Assembly (NCBI GenBank): GCA_035627375.1
Contig: DASPLX010000034.1
Span: forward strand, 43,033 to 67,032
Length of the DNA: 24,000 bases
DNA from: Paucimonas sp.
GTDB taxonomy: Bacteria; Pseudomonadota; Gammaproteobacteria; Burkholderiales; Burkholderiaceae_D
Direction of reading: 5' to 3'
Both the position numbers and the translations under genes were made by a program. Positions 8,624 to 17,291 of this stretch are shown piece by piece (the stretch's first letter is position 1; each line of letters opens with the position of its first letter). The notes under the pieces are model-generated. The model saw nothing but the letters and a program-made list of their open reading frames with translations. It was not told the DNA's origin and did no database searches.

Positions 8624-9754
8624 CTACTCGGACCAGGCCTCCAGCGCGGCGTTCTCGGCGGCGGGTGCGACTTGCGCCGGCGCCGCCTCCGTGCGCGGCG
8701 GCGCGGCCGCGGCCGCATGCGACGCGCGCTGCAATTGCTTGGGCGATCTGCCGAACCAGCGCTTGCAGGCGCGATGAAACGCGCTGGGCTCGGAGAATCC
8801 GAGCTGGAAGCTCAGCTTCTTCAGCGAGATCTGTCCGCCGCTCAGATACTGCTGCGCCATCGCGCGCCGCGTGTCGTCCACGATCCGGGTGAAATTGGTG
8901 CCTTCCTCGGACAGCCTGCGCTGCAGCGTGCGCTCGCTGATCATCAGCCGCTTCGCGACTTCCTCGCGCAGCGGTTCGCCCTTGGCCAGCATGCCGGCCA
9001 GGAGGCGCTGCACGCGCGCCGAGAAACTCATGCTCGCGCGCTGCAGCAGCGCCGATTCGGCGAACATGCGCAAGGTCCAGTCGGCGGCCGCCGGCGGCGG
9101 CGTCGGGAACGAGATCCGGAGGTCGGCATCGGCGAATTCGACCGTATTGGCGGCGGCATCGAAATGCACCGGGCAGCCGAAGGCTTCCGCGATCGCCTGC
9201 GCTTGCGGCGGACGGGGATAGGCATAGGTGACCAGCAGCGGCCTCAAGCCGTCGCACGCCGCCGCCGAGCGCAGGGTGCGCAACACCATCGACCAGACGA
9301 AATCGTAGCGCTGTCTCGGCACCGGCCGGATCCCGGCCGCCAGGCGCAGCGTGACGCGCGTGCTGGCGGGAGCGCGCTGGGGCAGGTGCTCGATCGCGCT
9401 CTGCACGGTCGGCGACAGCAGCGGCGTATAGCGCACCAGGTTGTCGATCGCCGTCTTGATGTCCGGCGACAGCAGCATGATATGTCCCATCAGGCCGAGC
9501 CAGCCGAGTTGATAGGGCGACGACACGCGAAAGGCGATCAGCGGATCGCCCGAGCGCTGTGCCAGCGTCTCCCACAGATGGCTCAGCTTGTCCGACAGCG
9601 CGGCCGGATCGCTTTCGATGATCCCGGCCGCTCCGCCGGAGTCGATATCGCGGTCGAGGCCGGTCAACCGGAACAGTTCGTCGGCGTCGAAGCCGCAGGC
9701 CGCGAGGCGGGCCTTCATGCCGCGCACCAGATCGCTTGCAGAGGAATAGCTCAT
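8624..9754 (-). CDS. AraC family transcriptional regulator (N-terminal AraC-type effector domain plus C-terminal double HTH)
   Basis: 376 aa, with strong RBS CAGGAGGG. C-terminal HTH_18-type region: REEVAKRLMISERTLQRRLSEEGTNFTRIVDDTRRAMAQQYL...LKKLSFQLGFSEPSAFHRACKRWFGRSP. It ends in an extra Ala/Pro-rich tail of about 40 aa. Confidence 0.9.
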   Translation of the reverse strand: MSYSSASDLVRGMKARLAACGFDADELFRLTGLDRDIDSGGAAGIIESDPAALSDKLSHLWETLAQRSGDPLIAFRVSSPYQLGWLGLMGHIMLLSPDIKTAIDNLVRYTPLLSPTVQSAIEHLPQRAPASTRVTLRLAAGIRPVPRQRYDFVWSMVLRTLRSAAACDGLRPLLVTYAYPRPPQAQAIAEAFGCPVHFDAAANTVEFADADLRISFPTPPPAAADWTLRMFAESALLQRASMSFSARVQRLLAGMLAKGEPLREEVAKRLMISERTLQRRLSEEGTNFTRIVDDTRRAMAQQYLSGGQISLKKLSFQLGFSEPSAFHRACKRWFGRSPKQLQRASHAAAAAPPRTEAAPAQVAPAAENAALEAWSE

Positions 9755-9800
9755 CGTTTCCCTCCTGAAGAAGATTCCATGCTTCGTTGCCGGAGGCGGG

Positions 9801-10391
9801 TCACGGCGCGACGGCGCTGCGCAGCCGCATGCCGATACGCTGCTGCAGCTCTTGCAGTTTCGGATCGATGACGGGGCGCGTGTCGGCCGCGATCTTCTCG
9901 CCGAGCGACTTCTGCAATTCAGGCGCCAGGGCTTCGAACTTGCGTTTCACAGGCGATTCGAGCATCGCGATGATCTGCCGCAGTTCATCCTCGGAAAAGC
10001 GTTCCGCCAGGAGCGGCGCGACCGTCGACGGGATCAGCTTTTGCGCGCTGCCGGTCACGATCGGCGCGGAGTCTTCGAGGAATTTCTTCGCATCGGCGGC
10101 GATCTCGCGCAGCGCGGCGTCGCGCTTCTCCGGCGTGGCGCGGCCTTGCAGCATCGCGCGCGCCTGGTTGACGGCGTCGGCCACCGGTTCTTGCAGCATC
10201 GATTGCCCGAGCGTTTCCACGTGCCACAGCTTGAGCAGGCGCTGCACCAGCTCTTGCTTGGCCGGCGTGATCGGCGCCGAAGCCGGCGCCGATGCCGGCT
10301 TGGCGTCGGCCGCGGCGGCCTGCAGGTTGGCGCAGAGCAGCGCGACGGCGAGGGCGGATTTCAGAACGGCTGCGGAAAATCTGTTCGGCAT
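9801..10391 (-). CDS. Periplasmic alpha-helical protein, DUF2059-like
   Basis: This is only the last 196 codons of track ORF 9801..12014. ATG at 10391 is preceded by AGGAGA. Signal peptide MPNRFSAAVLKSALAVALLCANLQAAAA, then an Ala/Pro linker. The segment SEDELRQIIAMLESPVKRKFEALAPEL resembles the DUF2059 ExSPxGxK block (from memory). Confidence 0.7.
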   Translation of the reverse strand: MPNRFSAAVLKSALAVALLCANLQAAAADAKPASAPASAPITPAKQELVQRLLKLWHVETLGQSMLQEPVADAVNQARAMLQGRATPEKRDAALREIAADAKKFLEDSAPIVTGSAQKLIPSTVAPLLAERFSEDELRQIIAMLESPVKRKFEALAPELQKSLGEKIAADTRPVIDPKLQELQQRIGMRLRSAVAP

Positions 10392-10453
10392 GGCGGTCTC
10401 CTGTCGGTGATTCATACGATGTCGGTCCAAGGCGCTCGGCGGCGGACGCCGCC

Positions 10454-12097
10454 TCAAAAGCGCTGCGTGAAGCTCGCGCCCACGTAGCGCACGCGCAGGT
10501 CGCCGGCGACATCGAGGCCGGCGTACGGGTTGTAAATGATGTTGAAGAAGTTGCTGCAGTTGAGGTTGCAATCGGTATTGGCCGGCACGTTGAACTTGCC
10601 GCGCATGTAGCTGGCGCCGACGTTGAGGTCGCGGCCGCCGCCGAGCTTCATGTTGAAGCCGAGGCTCATGACCTTGGTGTCCGGCAGCGGCGCGATCAGG
10701 TCGATCTTGTCGGCCGGCACCGAGCTCTTGCGCGGCTCGTAGCCGGCGCGCAGCGTGATCCGGCGGCTGAGTTCCGCCTGGATGCCGAAGCCCCAATGCA
10801 CCACGTTGCGGTAGCCGCGCGGAATCTTCAGCTGCGTCGCGTCGGCAAATCCGAACATGCGCGCCACTTCCAGCAGCCGGATGCTCTGGTCGAACTTGAA
10901 GGTCAGCGTGTCCCAGGCACGCCAGTTGGTGTAGTTGGCGTCGATGTTGAGCTGCAGCCGGCGCGTCGGCTTGAATTTCACGCCGATCTGCAAGTGGGCG
11001 GGAAACGGAATGACGGCGGTCATGTTGCCGCTTTGCGTTTCCGGTATCCGGTCCGGCAAGCCGAGCGTGGCCGCGATGATCGGCCCTTGCAGGCTCGCAT
11101 AGAGTCCCTCGACGAACTTGCGCACCATCGCCTCGGTGTTGAAGGTGTAGCGGCCGCTGTAGACGGTCTTCGATCCACCCTGGTAGACGATGCCGAGCGC
11201 GAAGCGGTCCGACGGTTCCCATAGCAAGCCGAGGTTGAGCGTCGGATCGACCGGCGAGGTCATCTCCATCTGCATCGCCGCCACTTTCTTGAAGGGATTC
11301 AGCCGGCCTTCCGGGCCGCCGCTGCACAAGCCCACCGTGAGCGTGTCGATCGGATTGCCGCCGTCCTCCGGGCACCAGCCTCGCTGCGCCTTGCCGGTGA
11401 TGCCGAGCAGGGGATTGGGCATGCGCATGTCGGTGTCGATCACGAACGCCGCATGCGCGATCGGCACCGCGGCGCCGACGCGCAGCGTGTCCGAGAACTT
11501 GTAGCCGATCGCCGGCGACAGGTACACGAGCCGCTGCAGCTGCACCACCTTGCCGTCGTAGCGGCCGGGATCGTTCGGATCCTTGCTGCGGTCGACCGAG
11601 AACGCCTGCGGGATATAGGACAGCGTCGCGAACGTGAACGGCGAGCCGGGGTTGTTGTACGCCAGGCCGAGGCCGGGAATGACGACCCCGGGCAGCTTCC
11701 ACTTCAGCAAGCCGGCCACCGGCAGCAGCAGCCGCTGGCGCACCTTGCCGGTACGCGCGCCGTCGAGCGGATCGTCGGTCCAGCCGCCGATGTCGAAGCC
11801 GGGCGGTTGCGTGAACGAGGCGCCGGTGCGGATCGAGGCGCCCCAGAGGGTGAAAGTTTCCGACCTGCCTTCCATGCGCGCCAGGCCGGCCGGATTGAAG
11901 TGGATCGATTCGATGCCGGGCGGATCGGCGGTGACCGCGTTGCCGAGCGACATGGCGGTGGCACTGGTGGCGAGATTCTCGGTCAACGCGGCATGCGCGG
12001 GCAGCGGCGCGCACGGCAGCAGTCCGGCCGCCAGCAAGGCGGCCAGCCTTGGTCCGCGGAACCGTCGATGCCGGCGGCGCTGGGAACGTCGTGTCAT
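10454..12097 (-). CDS. FadL/TodX/OMPP1-family outer-membrane transport barrel (unusually long, 547 aa)
   Basis: RBS GGAGAG. Signal peptide ending PAHA|AL. The N-terminal hatch motif SATAMSLGNAVTADPPGIESIHFNPAGLA is the conserved NPAGL block of the FadL family. The C-terminus GASFTQRF ends in Phe. Two Cys pairs lie in predicted loops (GWCPEDGG...VGLCSGG; NTDCNLNCSNF). Confidence 0.85.
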   Translation of the reverse strand: MTRRSQRRRHRRFRGPRLAALLAAGLLPCAPLPAHAALTENLATSATAMSLGNAVTADPPGIESIHFNPAGLARMEGRSETFTLWGASIRTGASFTQPPGFDIGGWTDDPLDGARTGKVRQRLLLPVAGLLKWKLPGVVIPGLGLAYNNPGSPFTFATLSYIPQAFSVDRSKDPNDPGRYDGKVVQLQRLVYLSPAIGYKFSDTLRVGAAVPIAHAAFVIDTDMRMPNPLLGITGKAQRGWCPEDGGNPIDTLTVGLCSGGPEGRLNPFKKVAAMQMEMTSPVDPTLNLGLLWEPSDRFALGIVYQGGSKTVYSGRYTFNTEAMVRKFVEGLYASLQGPIIAATLGLPDRIPETQSGNMTAVIPFPAHLQIGVKFKPTRRLQLNIDANYTNWRAWDTLTFKFDQSIRLLEVARMFGFADATQLKIPRGYRNVVHWGFGIQAELSRRITLRAGYEPRKSSVPADKIDLIAPLPDTKVMSLGFNMKLGGGRDLNVGASYMRGKFNVPANTDCNLNCSNFFNIIYNPYAGLDVAGDLRVRYVGASFTQRF

Positions 12098-12110
12098 GTC
12101 ACTCTCCGGT

Positions 12111-13136
12111 CTACAGGCTCAGCGGCAAGCTCAGCCCGAGCGTGAAATTCGGCGAGTCGTTGGTGAGGCCGACGCCGACCGTGATGTTGAGCGTGGTTTT
12201 CGGCGAGATGCGGTAACCGAGGCCGAAATTGAGGATGCCGGCCGTCTGCGTCGTGGTCTTGATCGTCCTGCCGTCGCGGAAGCGCAGCTTGGAGCCGGCC
12301 GAAATCGATTCCTGCAGCGATATCGAGGTCGAGATGTCGTACGACAAGGCGTAGGCGAAACCGAGCCCGAAGCCGAAGCTCATCCCCGGCTCGACCCTGG
12401 TCAGGACGCGGCCGTTGCGGATCTGCGACAGGTGTTTCGCCGGCGCGCTATAGGTCAGGTTGATCGAGCCGAACAGCGCGACCGGATCGACGATATGGTT
12501 GAGATTCAGGCCGGCGCTCAGCGAGGCGACGCCGGAGCCGGTGGCCAGGCCCTTTTCGGCGTCGACCTTGAACGGGCTGCGTCCGGTGGGCAGGCGCAGC
12601 AGCGTGGTGGCCGTCGCCGAGGGACGGCCGCGGCGGGTTTCTAGCGGTTGCCAGCGCAGGCCGAGGCCGATGTCGCCGACCGAGTGCGAGGTTCCTTCGT
12701 ACGCCCGGTTCTGCGAATACTTGCTCACCAGCGGCAGGCTGATGCTGCCGGTCAGGTTGTTCTGGATGCCGTAGTCGACCGTCAGCGTGTTGGTGGCCGT
12801 GTGCGAACTGTCGTTCTCGATGCTGAACAGCGTGAGTTCGCCCGACGACAGGTCGGCGTTGATCCGTTCCTGACCGATGTAGGTGTAGCCGAAGTCGTAG
12901 GTTGCCTGCAGCCTGCCGCGCTTGATCAGCGAGTATTGCTTGTCGACCGCCGTCAGGGTCTGCTTGAGCAAAGTCGATTGGTCGGCGTCGCCTTCCTTCG
13001 GCGCCAGGGCGTCGCGCGCGGCGCTGGCGCTGGCGGCGGCCGCGGGAGCGGCCGGCGTCGCGGCGGGCGGCTGCTGCGCCGCGGCCGGCAGCGCGAACAG
13101 GGCGGCGATCACTCCCAGCGGGGGACGAATCTTCAT
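12111..13136 (-). CDS. Outer-membrane beta-barrel 'transporter' protein (MetA-pathway/PF13557-like, FapF-like architecture)
   Basis: Strong RBS AAGGAG. Signal peptide MKIRPPLGVIAALFALPAAA, then an Ala/Pro-rich linker (QQPPAATPAAPAAAASASAA), a short predicted helix (STLLKQTLTAVDKQYSLIKRG), then a regular amphipathic strand pattern to the C-terminus. It stops 13 nt before the FadL-like gene. Confidence 0.75.
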   Translation of the reverse strand: MKIRPPLGVIAALFALPAAAQQPPAATPAAPAAAASASAARDALAPKEGDADQSTLLKQTLTAVDKQYSLIKRGRLQATYDFGYTYIGQERINADLSSGELTLFSIENDSSHTATNTLTVDYGIQNNLTGSISLPLVSKYSQNRAYEGTSHSVGDIGLGLRWQPLETRRGRPSATATTLLRLPTGRSPFKVDAEKGLATGSGVASLSAGLNLNHIVDPVALFGSINLTYSAPAKHLSQIRNGRVLTRVEPGMSFGFGLGFAYALSYDISTSISLQESISAGSKLRFRDGRTIKTTTQTAGILNFGLGYRISPKTTLNITVGVGLTNDSPNFTLGLSLPLSL

Positions 13137-13263
13137 GAGAACTCCTTGTCGATGATGAACTAACGGTGCCGATGCAAAAGCGCCGGCGAGGAAAACCCGG
13201 TCCGGCCGCTGATCGATGCGGCCGGATTGCTTTCAAGGCGCGCGCCGGGCGTGCGCGATACGT

Positions 13264-14028
13264 TTAACGTCGGCGCAAATAACTGCCGCTGGCGCCCGAA
13301 TGGAGGGCGCGTTCCAGCAGGTAGGCATTGCCCAGCGGCGCGAGGATGGCCCGGTCTTTAACGCGGTCCATATCGAATACGCCCAGCTCCCGGTCGGAGA
13401 GGGCGAGTTGTCCGGCCGGCGGACGGTTCTTCGGCGGGTAGACGATGAACAGGGTATTCCGGTCCCACAGCTTTCCGAATTCGTCGATCGGGATCACGAT
13501 GTTGCCGGCCGATGGATCGGCGATGAACGCCAGGCCGTCGCGCACGCCGCGCAGCACGACGAAGTGCTTGAAGCCGGCATAGTCGATCGGCACGATGGCC
13601 GGATGTTCGAGCGTGAGCAAGTCCTTGACCTCGGCGCGAAAGCCCGCGCTGTCCACGTCGAGCGAAGCGACGTAGCGCTTCATGTCGAGCAGCGAAAAGC
13701 CGCGGCGTTCGATGATCTTCTGTTTCTCGCCGCGCTCGAGCATGCCTTCCATCGCCTGCTGTTCGCTGACGTCGATGCCGATGTGATGCTTGAGCAGGGT
13801 CACGAGCGCCGCCGAACCGCAGCTATAGTCGTAGGCCTGGCGCACGATGTTGCGGTATTTCAATTCGGAAAACGGTTCGATCTCGACCGATTGCGCGACC
13901 GGGCCGGCGGCGGCCGCCGCCAGCGGGAGTTCGAACTGATTCTTCGGACGATCGGCCGGCTCATGCGTGGCCCATGCGCCGGAGCCGGCGATCAGGATGG
14001 CGATCGCGCCGAGCAACATTCCCAACAT
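13264..14028 (-). CDS. Free-standing periplasmic C39-family cysteine peptidase
   Basis: RBS GGAAGGGG. N-terminal signal/anchor MLGMLLGAIAILIAGSGAWA. C39 catalytic blocks are intact: VRQAYDYSCGSAALVTLLKHH (Gln64, Cys70; Cys codon at 13819-13821), FKHFVVLRGV (His155) and FIADPSAGN (Asp171). There is no fused ABC transporter domain. Confidence 0.9.
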   Translation of the reverse strand: MLGMLLGAIAILIAGSGAWATHEPADRPKNQFELPLAAAAAGPVAQSVEIEPFSELKYRNIVRQAYDYSCGSAALVTLLKHHIGIDVSEQQAMEGMLERGEKQKIIERRGFSLLDMKRYVASLDVDSAGFRAEVKDLLTLEHPAIVPIDYAGFKHFVVLRGVRDGLAFIADPSAGNIVIPIDEFGKLWDRNTLFIVYPPKNRPPAGQLALSDRELGVFDMDRVKDRAILAPLGNAYLLERALHSGASGSYLRRR

Positions 14029-14211
14029 AGTGTCCCCTTCCTGTCGCGCCCGGCCTTCCCGCTCTTCGGCGCGATGTCTCTCGCGTTCCGATCTTGCCGG
14101 GAAGCGGCGCGGTAGCCGGTGAAGATTTCGTATCGGCGGGCCGCCTTTTCCATCGGATCATGCGGCGCCGCAAGCTTGCTCAAATGTACGGGGAGAGCGG
14201 GACGGCGCTTT

Positions 14212-14229
14212 CATCCGTTCGGATGAATA
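14212..14229. promoter_or_regulatory. Perfect 8+2+8 palindrome TTCATCCG-TT-CGGATGAA (candidate operator upstream of the C39 operon)
   Basis: Read directly from the sequence. It lies between the regulator stop (14323) and the C39 start (14028). Each arm contains GGATGA, the core of the E. coli MalT box. Confidence 0.35.
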
Positions 14230-14322
14230 AGGGTTGTGCGAGGTCAATCGCCTACGTCGCGCCGGTAAGCAGATGTAACAGAGCGAGGACGTCTTTCCCC
14301 GCAAAAATGAACAGGAAAGATT

Positions 14323-17115
14323 TCAGGAAAGAATCGCCCGCTTGCGCGCGATCGAAATCGCTTCCGTGCGGTTGTGCGCGCCGAGCTTCAGGTTGATGTT
14401 GCGCAGATGGGTCTTGACGGTCGTGATGGAGACGAACAGCTTCTCGGCGATCGCTTGATTGCCGCAACCTTGCGCCAGGAGTTTCAGTACGTCGAGTTCG
14501 CGGCCGGTCAATTCGCTTTCGCTCATCAGCGCCTGCAGGCGCGGCTCGTGCGCGGCCGCCGGCAGGTGGCGCATGAAGGGCGCATGGATGGCGGCGACGA
14601 AACGGTATAGCGCCGCATGCTCTTCGCCGGGCGGATCCTGCATGCCTTCCAGCAGGTCGCGGATCAGGGCCAGCAGCGCGGGGCCTTCATCCTTGAAGAG
14701 GCGCACGAATCCTTCCGCCTGCGCTTCCTGCAGCGTTTCGCGCATGGTGCGCAGGGCAGGATTGCGTTGGCCGGCATGGGATAGCGCGAGCGCATGCAAT
14801 ACCTTGACCCGCAGGGCATAGCGCACGCGGCCGCGCGCATGGACGTCCTGCAAATGCTCCTTGAACAGCGGCAGGGTCATGGCCGCCTGGCCGCAATGGA
14901 CTTGCAGGCGCAGATAGGAAAGCATCGGCGTTTCGAGGTCGTTCGCGATCATCTGCACGCCGTTGTATTGCCAGGCCGGCGCGGCGCCGACCAGGGCCTG
15001 CAGCGAACGCGCGGATTCGATGTCGCCGTCGAGCAGGGCGCAGCGCGCGCGTTCCAGTCGGGCGACGTCGATCACGCGCGGCAGGTTGCGCTGCATGCCG
15101 AGCTGCTCCAGGTCGAGCAGGGTTTGCAAGGCGTCGTTGCCGTTGCGTTCGGCGCGCAGGATGCGCGCGTAGATGACGTGGCTGGCGATCAGCTGGTCGG
15201 GAATGCCGGCATCCTTGACCAGCGGCAGATAGTGCGTCAGCAGCCGCTTGGCGTCGTCGAGCTGGTCGGTCTCGTAGAGCACTTCGGCCAGGTAGAGGCT
15301 GGCGAAGCCGGTATCGGCGCCGTAGCGCGGATTCGTCGACCCGGCATCGGCGCCGATCAGGGCGCGCAGGCGCGGGCCGGTGCTGCGCAGGCGCACGTGC
15401 GTGTCGTTGCCGATCAAGGCGCGCAGGCGGGCGCCGGCGGCGCGCAGCCGGCCTTGCAGGATGTCGAGCATGGCGTGTATATAGCCCGCTACCCCGACCG
15501 AAAACAATGGCCCGACCGCCGAATGTTCGCGCGTCGCCTGGTCGAGCAGGACGCGCGCTTCCTGGTAGCGGCCGATGGTGGCGTAGTAGTAGGCGCAACC
15601 GATCATCAGCATGCTGCGCAGCAGGGGTTCGCCGGCGGCGCCGCCAAGAATGTGCGGGTCTTCCCACATCGGCGCGGTTTGCTCGATGCGGTCGAGCATC
15701 ACCAGGCTGAAGGTTTTCAGCACCAGGTAGGTCGGATGCGAGATCGAGGCGGTTCGCGGCGGCACGCCGCCGGGATTGACCGCTGCCTCCAGCAGCGCCA
15801 GCGCCTCGGCGCTGCGGTTGATGTGGATCAGCGACCAGGCATGGACCGACAGCAGTTGCGGGCGGGCGGCGACGGCGCCGCGGTCGAGCGCATCGAACCA
15901 GCGCGCGAGCAGGCGCACCCTGCCTTGCAGGAACAAGGCCTGCGCGTGACGATCGAGCAGGTCGAGCGCGAGCTCGCTATCGGCGGCGGCGATCGCATGC
16001 TCGATCGCGTGCGTGGGATGTCCTTGTTCGTCATACCAGCCGGCCGCGCGCCGGTGCAGCACGATGGACAAGCCCGGATGCCGCTGTTCGAGCTGGGCGC
16101 GCAGAAAGCCGGCGAACAACGGGTGATAGGTGAACCAGACGTGCTGCTCGTCGACCGCGGTGATGAACATGTTGGAACGTTCCACTTCGCGGATCAGCGC
16201 GTCGCCGTCGTCGCGGCCGGTGACGGCGTTGCAGCTGTCGGCGCAGAACTTGTGCAGGATGCTGGTCTGCAGGATGAAGTCCTGCACATGGGGCGGCCGG
16301 TGCGACAGCACGTCTTCGGCAAGATAGGCGGACACGACCGAATTGCAGCCCGAGAAGTTGCGGATGAAGCGCTTCGGATCTTCATGGCTTTCCAGTGCCA
16401 TCGACGATAGCCATAGCGCCGCGGCCCAGCCGCCGGTGATCTCGTGGAAGCGCTCGACCTCGCCGCGCTCGAGCTTGAGCCGGCGCTTCTCGCACAGGAA
16501 TTGCCCGGTCTCGGCCAGCGAGAAGCGCAATTGCTCCGCGCCGATTTCGAGCAGTTGCTGGCGCGCGCGCAGGCGCGCCAAGCTTAGCGCCGGCTGCTCG
16601 CGCGAACCGATCACGATGCGCTGCTGCGGGCTCAGCATGTCGATCAATTGCTGGATCACCGACAGCGCCGCCGGATTGTGCAGGTGTTCGAATTCGTCGA
16701 GGATCAGGAGGAAGGGCAGCGGCGTGGCCGCGATCGCCTGCGTCAGCTCGAACCCGCTGCCGCCGTCGAGCGGGCGCAAGGCGTGCTGCCCGGCCGGATG
16801 GAGCGTCGCGAATGCCTGCGCCAGGCAGGTCATGAAGCGGTCGAGATCGTTGTCGCCGGCGTCGAGCGTGAGCCAGGCGACCGCGCTGTCGGCGATCGAT
16901 ACGTCGTACAGGTGACGCAGCAGCGTGCTCTTGCCGAATCCGGCCGGCGCTTCCACCAGGATCAGTTTCGCCGTTTCCGCATGGCGCATGCGCTCCAACA
17001 GCCGGTCGCGCGCCACGAAAGGCGCGGCCATGGCTGGCGGTTTCAGCTTCGACGGCGCCGGTCGAAGTACTGACGGTCTTTCCGGCGCGTAATTAGGCAG
17101 TGCGGACGATCGCAT
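14323..17115 (-). CDS. MalT/LAL-type large ATP-binding LuxR-family transcriptional regulator (STAND NTPase + helical sensor + LuxR HTH)
   Basis: About 930 aa. The N-terminus PSKLKPPAMAAPFVARDRLLERM parallels MalT PSKLSRP...VRERLL. Walker A is EAPAGFGKSTLL and Walker B is FLLILDEFEHL. C-terminal LuxR HTH: LTGRELDVLKLLAQGCGNQAIAEKLFVSITTVKTHLRNINLKLG. Start is ATG at 17115 (a GTG at 17118 is also possible). Confidence 0.9.
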   Translation of the reverse strand: MRSSALPNYAPERPSVLRPAPSKLKPPAMAAPFVARDRLLERMRHAETAKLILVEAPAGFGKSTLLRHLYDVSIADSAVAWLTLDAGDNDLDRFMTCLAQAFATLHPAGQHALRPLDGGSGFELTQAIAATPLPFLLILDEFEHLHNPAALSVIQQLIDMLSPQQRIVIGSREQPALSLARLRARQQLLEIGAEQLRFSLAETGQFLCEKRRLKLERGEVERFHEITGGWAAALWLSSMALESHEDPKRFIRNFSGCNSVVSAYLAEDVLSHRPPHVQDFILQTSILHKFCADSCNAVTGRDDGDALIREVERSNMFITAVDEQHVWFTYHPLFAGFLRAQLEQRHPGLSIVLHRRAAGWYDEQGHPTHAIEHAIAAADSELALDLLDRHAQALFLQGRVRLLARWFDALDRGAVAARPQLLSVHAWSLIHINRSAEALALLEAAVNPGGVPPRTASISHPTYLVLKTFSLVMLDRIEQTAPMWEDPHILGGAAGEPLLRSMLMIGCAYYYATIGRYQEARVLLDQATREHSAVGPLFSVGVAGYIHAMLDILQGRLRAAGARLRALIGNDTHVRLRSTGPRLRALIGADAGSTNPRYGADTGFASLYLAEVLYETDQLDDAKRLLTHYLPLVKDAGIPDQLIASHVIYARILRAERNGNDALQTLLDLEQLGMQRNLPRVIDVARLERARCALLDGDIESARSLQALVGAAPAWQYNGVQMIANDLETPMLSYLRLQVHCGQAAMTLPLFKEHLQDVHARGRVRYALRVKVLHALALSHAGQRNPALRTMRETLQEAQAEGFVRLFKDEGPALLALIRDLLEGMQDPPGEEHAALYRFVAAIHAPFMRHLPAAAHEPRLQALMSESELTGRELDVLKLLAQGCGNQAIAEKLFVSITTVKTHLRNINLKLGAHNRTEAISIARKRAILS
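15352..15447. repeat. Imperfect in-frame tandem duplication, 57-bp period, inside the regulator gene
   Basis: GCCGATCAGGGCGCGCAGGCGCGGGCCGGTGCTGCGCAG (15352-15390) versus GCCGATCAAGGCGCGCAGGCGGGCGCCGGCGGCGCGCAG (15409-15447). By my count 33 of 39 positions are identical. The encoded peptides are ..ARLRALIGNDTHV.. and ..PRLRALIGADAGS... Confidence 0.6.
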
Positions 17116-17291
17116 CACCGGACACGGAAATGAAAGGGAATGAGTTACCGCCCTGCTCGAGAACGGCGGCTAGTGGTTCGATATCTCCCGATTGCCTTGG
17201 CATGAATCGCAAATCGGGGTATGGCGGGCCACTAGACCACTAGGCTTCCGAGGCGGAGGTAACAGGTTACAGAGGATTGTCAAAAATGCTA

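Noticed and set aside
4943-8718. Minus-strand ORFs 4943..6745 (600 aa) and 6205..8718 (837 aa)
   Set aside because: These are Arg/Pro/Gly-rich shadows that lie antisense to the MATE pump and OM barrel genes, and are an out-of-frame shadow on the same strand as the SBP gene. There are no catalytic or structural motifs.
8466-9871. ORFs 8466..9575 (-) and 8672..9871 (+) overlapping the AraC gene
   Set aside because: These are an alternative frame and an antisense frame of a gene with an unambiguous AraC HTH. Their composition is shadow-like.
10392-12014. N-terminal ~540 codons of track ORF 9801..12014 (-)
   Set aside because: This part is an out-of-frame read-through of the FadL-like gene (Arg/Pro/His-rich). 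Only the segment from ATG 10391, which has an RBS and a signal peptide, behaves like a real protein.
14794-16410. 538-aa plus-strand ORF, and 14687..15667 (-) 326 aa
   Set aside because: These are an antisense frame and an alternative frame of the MalT-type regulator gene, with repetitive R/A/G/Q composition.
17198-17212. Sigma54-like TGGCAT-N-GCA element upstream of the secreted-protein operon
   Set aside because: The GG-to-GC spacing is 10 nt instead of the required 12, the -12 TTGC is missing, and no bEBP-type activator is encoded nearby.
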